A stretch of 64,000 bases of DNA from Alphaproteobacteria bacterium (GCA_965261735.1 OZ253470.1:1152001-1216000), one strand, 5' to 3'. Numbered from the stretch's first letter, positions 44,669 to 56,849 are shown. Made by a program: numbers and translations. Notes: generated by a model from the letters alone, not told the origin.

Positions 44669-45823
44669 CTAGTGGATTGATTCCAACGTTTGGAACCCTC
44701 TGTTTCGTGCGGCGATGATATGATCGGGGTCGGCTTTCCAGATGAAGGGTTTTGGGTTTGCGTCATTGTATTCGCGGACAAATCGGTTGATGGCGGCCTG
44801 AAGGTCGACGACGGATTGGAAGACGCCGTATTTGAGCCTGCGCCGCGTTAGTTTGGCGAAGAAGCCCTCGACGGCATTGAGCCACGAGCACGAGGTTGGC
44901 GTGAAGTGGAAGGTCCAGCGTGGATGGCGGGCGAGCCAGGCGCGGACCTTGTCCTTCTTGTGCGCGGCGTAGTTGTCGAGGATGACGTGGACGGCCTTGT
45001 CCGTCGGCACCTCGCGCTCGATGCGGTTGAGGAAGCGGATGAACTCCTGATGGCGGTGGCGCTGCATGTTCTGTGCGATGACCGTACCGTCCAGCACGTT
45101 GAGCGCGGCGAACAGCGTCGTCGTGCCATGCCGTTTGTAATCATAGGTCATCGTACCGGCGCGGCCCTTCTTCATCGGCAAGCCGGGTTGGGTGCGGTCG
45201 AGCGCCTGGATCTGTGATTTCTCATCAACCGACAGCACCACGGCATGGGCCGGCGGATCGACATACAAGCCGACGATATCTGTGAGCTTCTCGGCGAAGG
45301 CGGGATCATTGGAGAGCTTGAAGTGCCGCCAGCGGTGCGGGCTGAGGCCATGGGCCTTCCAGATCGCTTGGACCGTCGACGCCGCGACGCCAGTAACCTT
45401 CGCCATCGCGCGCAGCGTCCAGTGGGTCGCCTCGTGCGGCGGCGCTTGCTGGGTCAGGCGGACGATCTCGGCGACGCGCTCCGGCGGGATCGGCGCTTTG
45501 CCAGGCGGACGGGACCTGTCGCGAAGCAAGCCGTTGACACCCTCGTGCATGAACCGCTCCTGCCAGCGCCAGACACAGGTCTTGGACTTGCCGGTCTCGG
45601 CCATGATCGACGAGTTCCCGAGCCCCTCGTCGCTCTTCAGGATGATCCGCGCCCGCCAGACATGTTTCTGCGAGCTCTTCGGGTCCGCGACGATAGCTTG
45701 CAATCGCTGACGGTCGCCAGACGTGACAGTAAAATGGATGCCGGTGCGCATAGCACAGACTCGCATGACACCGCACAATACGGAATCTCAAATCGGACTC
45801 TTTCGTTCCGATCAATCCACTAG
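44669..45823 (-). mobile_element. IS630-family element, copy 1 (transposase 44669-45751)
   Basis: CTAGTGGATTGAT IRs at both ends; DEKS, DNY, WLNAVE motifs. Confidence 0.95.
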
Positions 45824-45825
45824 AT

Positions 45826-45909
45826 TGGATTGGTCCCATTATCGGAGGAGCGATCGCAGCTCTTGTCTACAAGCACGTATTCATGAGCGACAGTCAGCCG
45901 AACGAGTAG
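45826..45909 (+). pseudogene. MIP/aquaporin family C-terminal remnant
   Basis: Manual translation WIGPIIGGAIAALVYKHVF...stop matches the final MIP helix; only 27 aa. Confidence 0.6.
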
Positions 45910-45947
45910 TCCTGCACTGAAGATCGCAACGGCCCCATGGGGTATTT

Positions 45948-45972
45948 GTATGGACGCCTCCCGGAACGCAAG
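45948..45972. mobile_element. Possible IS110/IS1111 end remnant
   Basis: GTATGGACGCCTCCCG..GCAAG resembles IS1111-type ends; no transposase nearby. Confidence 0.3.
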
Positions 45973-45984
45973 GACCGATTTGGT

Positions 45985-46105
45985 CCAACGCCCGCGAAGG
46001 GTGCGAAGCGGTCGCGAATGGCGGTCGCGAGGTTTTCGGGGCCTGCTTTGCTGTCAACCGCCTCACGCAGGATGAGGCGCGCTTCTTCTTCCATTGAACG
46101 CCCCA
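45985..46105 (-). pseudogene. FitA/StbC-like antitoxin remnant
   Basis: GRSMEEEARLILREAV...NLATAIRDRFAPFAGV. Confidence 0.65.
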
Positions 46106-46213
46106 CCGTGAAACACATCAGACGACGAGACAAACTCCAGAAAATGGCATTCAGAAGTGCAATCACGCCGCCGCATCGGCTCACGATTCGTCGCGGGATC
46201 AAGGCCTAAACCT

Positions 46214-47664
46214 GGTCGTGTCCCAGGACGTGGTGTAGGAGTTGTTGGAGCCTCTGTTAGCTGTGGGTAGGCGGCTTGCCGTAGCGACCGCCGAGAGTCT
46301 GGCGTAGGCAAGCCGGCTATCCACAGCGGAGGCCATCGCGGTTCCGGTTTAGGGTTGGGCTAGTGCAAACCAACCTGACCCGAAGGAGAACCACGATGAC
46401 CCAGGACATGATGACCCTGCGCGCGCTTTTGGAGAAGAGCTCCGATGCCGATCTGCTTTGCGAGATGATCGGCTTCACGGCCGAGCGGCTGATGGCACTG
46501 GAGGTTGAGGGCCTGACCGGCGCCGGGCACGGCGAGCGCTCGGCGGATCGTATCACCCATCGCAACGGCTACCGCGACCGGTCCTGGGAGACGCGGGCCG
46601 GCACGGTCGAGCTGAAGATCCCGAAGCTGAGGAAGGGAAGCTACTTCCCGGGCTTCCTGGAGCCGCGGCGGATGGCCGAGAAGGCGCTGGCTGCGGTGAT
46701 CCAGGAGGCCTACATCCAGGGGGTGTCGACCCGCTCGGTCGACGATCTGGTTCAGGCGATGGGGATGTCGGGCGCCTCCAAGAGCCAGGTCTCCAGGCTG
46801 TGCGGCGAGATCGACGATAAGGTCACCGGCTTCCTCGATCGACCGCTGGAGGGCGACTGGCCCTATCTGTGGCTCGACGCCACCTACGTGAAGGTGCGCC
46901 AGACCGGACGCATCGTCTCGGTCGCGGTGACCGTGGCTGTGGCCGTCAACGACCAAGGCCGCCGCGAGGTCCTGGGCGTGGCGATCGGCGCGTCGGAGGC
47001 CGAGACCTTCTGGACCGAGTTCCTGCGCTCGCTGGCCCGGCGCGGGCTGCGCGGCGTGAAGCTGGTGATCTCCGACGACCACAAGGGCCTGAAGGCCGCC
47101 GCGACCCGGATCCTCGGCGCCACATGGCAGCGCTGCCGCGTGCACTTCGCCCGCAACCTGCTGGCCCATGCCGGCCGCCAGGGCCGGCGCGTCGTCTCCG
47201 CCTTCGTCGCCACCGCCTTCGCCCAGGAGGACGCCGACAGCGCGAAGGTCCAGTGGCGCCAGGTCGCCGACCAGCTCAGGCCCAAGGTGCCCAAGCTGGC
47301 AGTTCTCATGGACGAAGCCGAGAGCACGACGTCCTCGCCTACATGAGCTTCCCCAGGGAGCACCGCCAGAAATTGCACTCCACAAACCCGATCGAACGGC
47401 TCCATGCCGAGGTCAAGCGTCGCACCAACGTCGTCGGTATCTTTCCCAACGAAGCCGCCATCACACGGCTCGTCGGCGCCATCCTTCTCGAGCAGAACGA
47501 CGAGTGGGCCGTCTCAAGGAGATACATGACGCTGGAATCCATCGCCCCGCTGAGCGATGGTGTCCCCATCACGCTGCCCACCGTGGCAGCCTGAACGTCC
47601 CGGCCCTACCCGCCGGGAGCCGCGTAGAGCGCAACGCTCTTACACCACTCCGCGGGACACGATC
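46214..47664 (+). mobile_element. IS256-family element type B, full length with a 2-bp frameshift
   Basis: 8-bp DR CTAAACCT; both IRs present; extra GA near 47320. Confidence 0.95.
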
Positions 47665-47699
47665 CTAAACCTGTAGATCAGATTCTTGGTGGGGACAGG

Positions 47700-49094
47700 G
47701 GTTGTGTCTCGAAAGTGGTGGAAATTGGTTTTGGCGCCTCTCCGAGCGGGTTGAGTTTTGCGGCGGTCAGGCTGCGCGGTCAAGGGTTTCGTCGGCGATT
47801 AGCTGATCGAGGGTTTCCCATCCATCGACTTTGCGCATCTGGATTTGGCCGGAAGCGAGGAGTGCCCAGAGGAGCATCGGCACTGTTTCGGGACACGGCA
47901 GCACGGTCTGTGTTTTGATCCGGCGCTTGAACTCCTCGTTGAGACGCTCAATGGCGTTGGTCGTTCGGGCTGATTTCCATTGGCTCTTGGACAGGCGCGT
48001 GAAGGTAAAGAGCTTGTCGCCCGCTTCTGCGAGGCTGTCCGCGACGGCCCTGCATTTCAGCCGCCACTTGCGGACAAACGCCTTGCGGCGGGTTTCCACC
48101 TCGGAGGCAGTGTCGGCATAGATCATATCGCGGTAATCTTCGCTCAGCTCGTCATGCACGTGTTTGGGAGCATGACCCAGAAGGTTGCGGTGCTTGTGCA
48201 CGGTGCAGCGTTGAACGGGAAGGTCATCGCCCCAAAGCGCCGACAGAGCCGCCTCCAGTCCCGGCGCGCCATCGACGATGACAAACCCGGGCCGTTTCAG
48301 TCCACGCGCATCAAGGTCGTCGAGGAACTGGCGCCACGCCGCCTGGCTTTCTCCGCCCATATTCCCGATCGAAAGCAAGACCTTCTGGCCATCCCGGCGC
48401 ACCCCTATAGCCGCGAGAACCGAGATGTTGGTGGCCTTGCGGTCCAGTCGGGTCTTGATCACAGTGCCGTCAAGGATCAGCCGAACGATATCCTCATCCG
48501 CGAGGCCACGGCTGCACCAGGCGTCCCAATCGACCTTCACCTTGCGCCACGCCCGGCTCACAACGTCCTTGCTCACAGCACCCCGGAAGAGCCCGAACAG
48601 CGCGCGTTTCACCCGCCGCGTGTTGGTTCCGGACAGATACACCGAAGCGATCAGCGCCTCGGCCTTTCTGGTCAGCCGCTGGTAGCGCGGCAGCGCCCGC
48701 GAACGCCATTCCGACGCCCGACCGTCTTCCTCAACGATCCGCGCACGCGGCACGCTCACCCTCTCGGTCCCGAATGTCCCCGTCAGTTGCCGCTCCCGGT
48801 GCCCGTTCCAGATACCCTTGCCGAAGCGCGTCCTCTCGACCGTATCGGCAGCGCCCGAGAAACTGCGCAAGTTCCTCCTCAAAAACGGCCTCGATCGTGG
48901 ATCTGATGTTCTCCCGCAGCCGGTCCTCGAGCGGATCATAGCCGGCGTCATTGGCCAGTAGCGAAAGCGCGGAAGTCTCGGTAGTGTTCTTCATGGCGTG
49001 ATCTCCTTGGCGGTGCTAGCCGCCGATTGGGTGGTTGTCTTGTCACCCGGAGATTACGCCATCCTCAAATTTCCACCACTTTCGAGACACAGCC
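47700..49094 (-). mobile_element. IS256-family element type A, copy 3, with a 1-bp frameshift
   Basis: 8-bp DR GGGACAGG; extra A near 48810. Confidence 0.95.
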
Positions 49095-49142
49095 GGGACA
49101 GGTTCCAGTTAGAGACTTGTCGAAGACGCCCTCGCCGCATGG

Positions 49143-49634
49143 CTACTCCCCCTCGTCCTCCGGCTCGCGCACCTCGATCTTGGGCTGCTCCGCGACTTGG
49201 TCTTCGGGCACGAAGGTGATGCGCATGCCCCACCCGGCAAAAAATCGCAGCAGGCCGCCGAACTCGGCGAGATCGAATGCTCGGTCGTCGATGTAGATCA
49301 CAGTCTCACCATTCTCGTCGTCCTCGATATGGCAGCGGAGCACTCGGCCGCGAGGCACCCATTGGGCGCTGTCTTCGACGAACCTGACCTGAGGTTTGCC
49401 GGGAGGTATCTCGACCGCGGTGCTGTCGAACTCGGCGGCGAGGTTCTCTTGTGCGTCCATCATCGCGTTGAACAGGTCGAGCACCGCGGCGTCGGACATG
49501 GTTCGGAGATGAGAGCCGACGTTCACGCGGGCCACCGACACGTTGGGGTCGGCATGCTCGATAACCGCCATTTCGCCCTCGCGGGTGATCTTCACTTCGT
49601 CGAGAGAGGCACGCCGGGGCGGTTTCTTTCGCAT
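49143..49634 (-). CDS. Hypothetical protein
   Basis: 163-aa ORF with protein-like composition (QWVPRGRVLRCHI...GWGMRITFVP); no family recognised. Confidence 0.7.
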   Translation of the reverse strand: MRKKPPRRASLDEVKITREGEMAVIEHADPNVSVARVNVGSHLRTMSDAAVLDLFNAMMDAQENLAAEFDSTAVEIPPGKPQVRFVEDSAQWVPRGRVLRCHIEDDENGETVIYIDDRAFDLAEFGGLLRFFAGWGMRITFVPEDQVAEQPKIEVREPEDEGE

Positions 49635-49767
49635 GAACGGCACCGCAGGTCGTACATTGTTGGGATGGATAGGCGGTCCATCCAGAATCTCGGAGTAGCG
49701 TAGCTCGGACGGGAACCGCCGGGAAGTACCGCGGAGGGCAGTGCGCCCGTGTGGACGCTACGAGCTC

Positions 49768-50922
49768 CTAGTGGATTGATTCCAACGTTTGGAACCCTCT
49801 GTTTCGTGCGGCGATGATATGATCGGGGTCGGCTTTCCAGATGAAGGGTTTTGGGTTTGCGTCATTGTATTCGCGGACAAATCGGTTGATGGCGTCCTGA
49901 AGGTCGACGACGGATTGGAAGACGCCGTATTTGAGCCTGCGCCGCGTTAGTTTGGCGAAGAAGCCCTCGACGGCATTGAGCCACGAGCACGAGGTTGGCG
50001 TGAAGTGGAAGGTCCAGCGTGGATGGCGGGCGAGCCAGGCGCGGACCTTGTCCTTCTTGTGCGCGGCGTAGTTGTCGAGGATGACGTGGACGGCCTTGTC
50101 CGTCGGCACCTCGCGCTCGATGCGGTTGAGGAAGCGGATGAACTCCTGATGGCGGTGGCGCTGCATGTTCTGTGCGATGACCGTACCGTCCAGCACGTTG
50201 AGCGCGGCGAACAGCGTCGTCGTGCCATGCCGTTTGTAATCATAGGTCATCGTACCGGCGCGGCCCTTCTTCATCGGCAAGCCGGGTTGGGTGCGGTCGA
50301 GCGCCTGGATCTGTGATTTCTCATCAACCGACAGCACCACGGCATGGGCCGGCGGATCGACATACAAGCCGACGATATCTGTGAGCTTCTCGGCGAAGGC
50401 GGGATCATTGGAGAGCTTGAAGTGCCGCCAGCGGTGCGGGCTGAGGCCATGGGCCTTCCAGATCGCTTGGACCGTCGACGCCGCGACGCCAGCAACCTTC
50501 GCCATCGCGCGCAGCGTCCAGTGGGTCGCCTCGTGCGGCGGCGCTTGCTGGGTCAGGCGGACGATCTCGGCGACGCGCTCCGGCGGGATCGGCGCTTTGC
50601 CAGGCGGACGGGACCTGTCGCGAAGCAAGCCGTTGACACCCTCGTGCATGAACCGCTCCTGCCAGCGCCAGACACAGGTCTTGGACTTGCCGGTCTCGGC
50701 CATGATCGACGAGTTCCCGAGCCCCTCGTCGCTCTTCAGGATGATCCGCGCCCACCAGACATGTTTCTGCGAGCTCTTCGGGTCCGCGACGATAGCTTGC
50801 AATCGCTGACGGTCGCCAGACGTGACAGTAAAATGGATGCCGGTGCGCATAGCACAGACTCGCATGACACCGCACAATACGGAATCTCAAATCGGACTCT
50901 TTCGTTCCGATCAATCCACTAG
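49768..50922 (-). mobile_element. IS630-family element, copy 2 (transposase 49768-50850)
   Basis: Near-identical to copy 1. Confidence 0.95.
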
Positions 50923-50924
50923 TG

Positions 50925-51362
50925 TACCGGAGGGCCGAACATCCGAAGGCGCATCTGGCGGGCTTCGGCGGCTGGATGCATACCGACGGCTATGCCGGGT
51001 TCGGCAAGCTCGCCCGCGCCGGGCCGGTCCGCGAGGTCGCCTGCCTGGCGCATGTGAGACGGAAGTTCTTCGATGTCCATGGCGCCCGGGGCTCGGCGAT
51101 CGCGGCCGAGGCGCTGGAACGCATCGCGGCGCTCTACGCCATCGAGAAGGAAGCCCGCGGGCAGCCGCCCGACCGGCGCGTTGCAATCCGCGGGGCCAAG
51201 GCCGGGCCGCGCCTCGACGATCTGGAGCGCTGGTTGCAAACGGCAAAAAACCCCGCTGGCGGCGGCCATCCGGTATGCGCTGACCCGCCTGAAGCGCCTA
51301 CGGCCATATCTGGAGCACGGCTTCCTGGAAATCGACAACAACCCCGCCGAGTGCGCCATGAG
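50925..51362 (+). mobile_element. IS66 TnpC internal remnant
   Basis: DGYAGF, CLAHVRRKF, AIRYAL, EIDNNPAE motifs. Confidence 0.88.
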
Positions 51363-51434
51363 TGGCCGCTTTGCCTCGGAATGCGCAACATAGGCGAAGG
51401 CGGCGAAGATCAGGCGCACCTGGTTGGCCTTGTA

Positions 51435-51680
51435 CCAACCCCCCGCTATCACCTTCCCCTTCGAATCCTTGGTGACGGGCACCAGCAATTCCGCGATCAG
51501 GACTTCTTCTCGCGTATTTTCGCCGTCGCGGTCTGCATCGATCTAGCTCCCGAAATTCTTTGCGCGCTCAAAGGGTTTGCCCGTGAACTCATGTTCTATC
51601 CCGATTCCGTCCAGAGGATCGTTGGCCAATGCCGGCACAGCCAGAAGAACAAGGGTTGCCATCGTCGCAAAGCGAAACAT
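51435..51680 (-). pseudogene. Secreted protein remnant resembling the N-terminus of DUF1524/HNH extracellular nucleases
   Basis: Signal peptide...FGS*IDADRDGENTREEVLIAE..PVT...GGW with an in-frame TAG. Confidence 0.4.
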
Positions 51681-51943
51681 CGGATGCCTACCTTCCAGTT
51701 GGTCCAGCGCTATTCCCCAGGTTTGGCAGGTTTGGTTGCCTTGGCGGCTATCCGTGCGTTCACTGCTTCCCGTCCGAACCCAAGTACACCCTGGAAGAGC
51801 AGGATCGCGCCCTTGCTTCCGCCGGCGATGACTGCCGCGGTTGCAAATGTGCCAAACGACAATGCACCGGAATATCCCCCGGTCTTGGCGAAGATCACTG
51901 ATAAGACGTCGAACTGGCCCCAGACACAGATTACGTATGATGC

Positions 51944-53377
51944 GGTCGTGTCCCAGGACGTGGTGTAGGAGTTGTTGGAGCCTCTGTTAGCTGTGGGTAG
52001 GCGGCTTGCCGTAGCGACCGCCGAGAGTCTGGCGTAGGCAAGCCGGCTATCCACAGCGGAGGCCATCGCGGTTCCGGTTTAGGGTTGGGCTAGTGCAAAC
52101 CAACCTGACCCGAAGGAGAACCACGATGACCCAGGACATGATGACCCTGCGCGCGCTTTTGGAGAAGAGCTCCGGTGCCGATCTGCTTTGCGAGATGATC
52201 GGCTTCACGGCCGAGCGGCTGATGGCACTGGAGGTTGAGGGCCTGACCGGCGCCGGGCACGGCGAGCGCTCGGCGGATCGTATCACCCATCGCAACGGCT
52301 ACCGCGACCGGTCCTGGGAGACGCGGGCCGGCACGGTCGAGCTGAAGATCCCGAAGCTGAGGAAGGGAAGCTACTTCCCGGGCTTCCTGGAGCCGCGGCG
52401 GATGGCCGAGAAGGCGCTGGCTGCGGTGATCCAGGAGGCCTACATCCAGGGGGTGTCGACCCGCTCGGTCGACGATCTGGTTCAGGCGATGGGGATGTCG
52501 GGCGCCTCCAAGAGCCAGGTCTCCAGGCTGTGCGGCGAGATCGACGATAAGGTCACCGGCTTCCTCGATCGACCGCTGGAGGGCGACTGGCCCTATCTGT
52601 GGCTCGACGCCACCTACGTGAAGGTGCGCCAGACCGGACGCATCGTCTCGGTCGCGGTGACCGTGGCTGTGGCCGTCAACGACCAAGGCCGCCGCGAGGT
52701 CCTGGGCGTGGCGATCGGCGCGTCGGAGGCCGAGACCTTCTGGACCGAGTTCCTGCGCTCGCTGGCCCGGCGCGGGCTGCGCGGCGTGAAGCTGGTGATC
52801 TCCGACGACCACAAGGGCCTGAAGGCCGCCGCGACCCGGATCCTCGGCGCCACATGGCAGCGCTGCCGCGTGCACTTCGCCCGCAACCTGCTGGCCCATG
52901 CCGGCCGCCAGGGCCGGCGCGTCGTCTCCGCCTTCGCCCAGGAGGACGCCGACAGCGCGAAGGTCCAGTGGCGCCAGGTCGCCGACCAGCTCAGGCCCAA
53001 GGTGCCCAAGCTGGCAGTTCTCATGGACGAAGCCGAGCACGACGTCCTCGCCTACATGAGCTTCCCCAGGGAGCACCGCCAGAAATTGCACTCCACAAAC
53101 CCGATCGAACGGCTCCATGCCGAGGTCAAGCGTCGCACCAACGTCGTCGGTATCTTTCCCAACGAAGCCGCCATCACACGGCTCGTCGGCGCCATCCTTC
53201 TCGAGCAGAACGACGAGTGGGCCGTCTCAAGGAGATACATGACGCTGGAATCCATCGCTCCGCTGAGCGATGGTGTCCCCATCACGCTGCCCACCGTGGC
53301 AGCCTGAACGTCCCGGCCCTACCCGCCGGGAGCCGCGTAGAGCGCAACGCTCTTACACCACTCCGCGGGACACGATC
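51944..53377 (+). mobile_element. IS256-family element type B with open transposase frame (to 53307), no DR
   Basis: Both IRs present; flanks TATGATGC and CGCCGCCG differ. Confidence 0.95.
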
Positions 53378-54358
53378 CGCCGCCGCGACGATAACGCGGC
53401 TGTCGGCGGTTGGCGTCAGGAACGCTGCCGATGCGGCGGTCGTATATTGCGGGGCGGCGGTATCGAAACTGTCGGTCGCGATGGACACCTGGAGATTGCC
53501 GCAGACCTGATCGGCCTGACGGATCTTCTCCGCCGTCCTTTCCGCGAAGGATACGATCGCGTCGCGAACCTGTCCCTGATCGGCAATCGCCCGGCTGAAG
53601 CTTCGCGAACAGCAGGTGGTTTGTTTCGCGGCGGGTTGTGTCTCCAATTCATGACAGGCGATGCCGCGCAGCTCGTGCACCGTTCTGAGCCCGGTCACGC
53701 CCATGCGCTGGCGCACCCAGCCATCGGGCGCATCGCGCAGGTCCAGCGCGGTCCCGATACCGCGCCCGGCCAGCATCCTCGACCAGCGGCCACCGATGCC
53801 CCAGACATCGCCCGCGGCGGTCCTGGAGAGCGCCGGGCCGACCCAGGCGGGATTGCCCGACAGGTCGAGAACCCCTCCCGTCCGTGGCGCGCTTTTGGCG
53901 ATCCTGTTGGCGATCTTGGCCAGGGTCTTGGTCGGGCCGATCCCGATCGATACCGGGATGCCGGTCCAGCGGCGGACCCGGGTGCGAAGATCTCGGCACC
54001 ACCGGGTCAGGTCCGGAACCGCCAGGCGGTCGAGATCGAGGAAGCTCTCGTCGATACTGTAGACCTCGATGCGCGGCGCCTCGGCGGCCAGGATGCTCAT
54101 CACCCGTTCCGACAGGTCGCCATAGAGCGCGTAGTTCGAGGACAGCACGGTGACATCGTGGCGTTCGACGAGGCGCTTCGCCTGGAACAGCGGGACGCCC
54201 ATGGCGATGCCGAGCGCCTTGGCCTCCTGGGAGCGGGCGACGATGCAGCCATCGTTGTTGGACAGCACGACGATGGGGCGGCCGGCGAGCAAAGGTTGGA
54301 ACACCCGCTCGCACGAGGCATAGAAGTTGTTGCAATCGACCAGGCCGATCGTGGCCAT
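53378..54358 (-). pseudogene. umuC: Y-family DNA polymerase UmuC, 3'-truncated by IS256-B
   Basis: [31 protein letters not shown] motifs. Confidence 0.92.
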
Positions 54359-54362
54359 GGAC

Positions 54363-54620
54363 CTAACGCGCGCAGTGCCGGCGGATGCTGTGGGTAACGA
54401 CGCCCCAGGCCTCGCAACCGGCATCATCGAGGTCGATATCGGAAAAGGCCGGGTTCTCGGCGTAGAGGACCAATCCGTCATTGCTCTTTTTCAGGCGTTT
54501 GACCGTCAGCTCGCCATGCAGGACGGCGATGACGATATCGTCGGCCTGGGGCGCGATGGCGCGGTCGACAACGAGAAGGTCGCCGTCGAAAATTCCGGCA
54601 TCGCGCATGGATTCGCCCTG
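54363..54620 (-). pseudogene. umuD: UmuD C-terminal remnant
   Basis: [27 protein letters not shown]; N-terminal AG cleavage region absent. Confidence 0.85.
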
Positions 54621-55114
54621 TCGTATGTAGCCACATACCACCCGTCGTCAAAATAATCGTCACACGACGAGAATAGGTGTTGTTTGACTCGAAGCACGAT
54701 TGATATCCAGTGGGGCCCGGCTATGCGAACGGAGCTATTTCCGAAAGTGAAAGTTGGTGACGGTGCCCGTGTAATCCACGCCGTTCAAGGGAAGACTCAT
54801 TCTTGCTGGGACCTCGGCGGTTTCCGTGGCCGTGCCGGTGCCGACAATGACGCCGTCCGCGTCGAGCAGCGTGATGCCGTAGCTGCATCCTGAGAGCAGT
54901 AGGAGGGGAAGGATTAAGGAGGCGTCGCACCGTCACCTCTCTGCTGGCCAGTCTGGACTCGGCAGTATCCAGAGTGCGCGCATGGACTCAGCGTAGCGCG
55001 CTGCCGCGGGCCTGCCAACAGGGTGCGAGTCGGCGCCGATTTTGGGGAATTTGAACTCTCAGGTGCCAGCTTCAATCAGCATATACTGCTTGTAGCAAGG
55101 TGTGGGATGCCCGG

Positions 55115-55333
55115 ATGAGCCCAGAAAGACGATCGGTCTTGATGACTGTGATCGGCGGCATGATGGCTGCCGCCTACCTGGACACCGAAGGCGTCGTCGA
55201 TCTGAGTTTTGGATTCCCGCAAGGTGGCGTCGTCGAGGGCGCGCTCACGGCGATCACCGGCGCCGCGGCGGGTTATGCGGTATTGTTCTTCTTCCGCAAG
55301 CTGCGGGATCTAGTGACCCGCGACGAGGAATAG
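55115..55333 (+). CDS. Small two-TM hypothetical protein
   Basis: 72-aa ORF with two hydrophobic segments. Confidence 0.5.
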   Translation: MSPERRSVLMTVIGGMMAAAYLDTEGVVDLSFGFPQGGVVEGALTAITGAAAGYAVLFFFRKLRDLVTRDEE

Positions 55334-55782
55334 CGACCTGTCAAGACGGCTGCTGCCGAGGCCGAGTGGCGCCCGAAGCTGACGTCGCGCTCAGGCCGGC
55401 GCCGCCGTCCCTGGTCGTGACGGGCCTCAAAATCGGCTGATGCCGGTCCCGATGCCGCATGGGGGATTCGGGCTCTTAGGCCCCTACTGCGACCGCCTGA
55501 GAGGCCCGTCAGCGCGTTTCTAGGGGTCGGGCGGTAAGATGGGTGCCCTCTGGGGAAGCCACGATTCGACAGGCGGCGATGTCCCCGACTGACGCGATTC
55601 TGAAGGAGCAGGTTGCAAGTTAGGAACATGTTCCGAATTCGCACGGACATAACCTCGGGCAACGTTGCCCCAGGTTCCATTGACCGCAAGTCCACTTACC
55701 GCTGGCGCATCATGTCGCGAGGAAGCTGTAGTGGCCTAGAAGTTTCAGACCGGATAAATTCAGGCCACTACGATGTTCGTTC

Positions 55783-56849
55783 CTTGCCTATCCGGTTTAC
55801 ACCCACACCCACTAGGGCTAGAATGGGCGCAACCCGGATATAGGGGAGCGCGCCATGGATGTTCTCGACCGCGCCGATCTCCCATTCCCGCATTCGCTAC
55901 CCGAGTTCCAGCGACTTTTCCCCGATGATGCGGCCTGCGCCGCCTACCTGGAGAAAGCCCGCTGGGGAGACGGCTTTGCCTGCCCGCACTGCGGCACGGC
56001 GGGAGAGCCGTTCCACTTTGAAAACCGCCCTGGCGTCCTGCGCTGCCGCAAGTGCCGCCAGAACACCGGGCTGACGGTGGGAACAGTGATGGAGCGTAGC
56101 CACACTCCGCTGAACGTCTGGTTCTGGGCCGCTTATCTGGTCGCCAGTCAGACGCCCGGCATGTCCGCCGTGCAGTTTCAGCGGCAACTTGGTCTTTCGC
56201 GCTACGAGACGGCCTTTCAAATTCTCCACAAGCTCCGCTCGGGCATGGTGCGGCCCAACCAAGACAGGATCGGTGGACAGCCCAAGAACCATGTTGAGGT
56301 GGACGAAACCTGGGTTGGCGGGCGAACGCGTGGGGAAGGCCGTGGTGTTCACCACAAGGTTCCCGTCTCCTGTGCCATCGAGGTGCGTCATCGAAAGCCG
56401 GGCACCAAGCTCGACAACCGGAAAGACGGACGCTATGCCGGACGCGTTCGGCTCGCCGTCGTGCTCGACCGTAGCGCCGAGTCGCTCTGTGGGTTCGTCG
56501 AGAGCACCGTCGCGCCGCGATCGCTGATCGTTACTGACGATTGGAGCGGCTATGCTGGCCTCGGGAAGCGCGGCTATGAGCACTTCGCTGTTGCCGAGTG
56601 TGGTGATCCAGAGGTTGCCGAGCAATACCTGCCGATCATCCATCTGGTTTTCGCCAACCTGAAGACGTGGCTGATCGGTATCCACCACGGCGTTAGCCAC
56701 CAGCACCTACAAGCCTACCTCAACGAGTTCACCTTCCGCTTCAACAGGCGGTTCTACCCGTTCAACGCCTTCCGCTCATTGCTCGGCATCGCGGGCGACA
56801 CCTCTGCTCCAACCTATGCCGAGCTTTACTCGGGAGAGTGGCGGCACCC
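55783..56849 (+). mobile_element. IS1595-family element, copy 3, right end missing
   Basis: Matches the other copies up to EWRHP, then joins Prx sequence. Confidence 0.93.

Noticed and set aside
47300-48830. Programmed frameshifting in the IS256 copies
   Set aside because: Sister copies have uninterrupted frames and there are no slippery motifs; these are mutations or sequencing errors.
55021-55031. GGGTGCGAGTC match to the ISKra4-like IR
   Set aside because: Only 11 bp, with no continuation or partner end.
55624-55638. GAAC-N7-GAAT as an alphaproteobacterial LexA box for umuDC
   Set aside because: One mismatch, about 1 kb away, with unrelated sequence in between.
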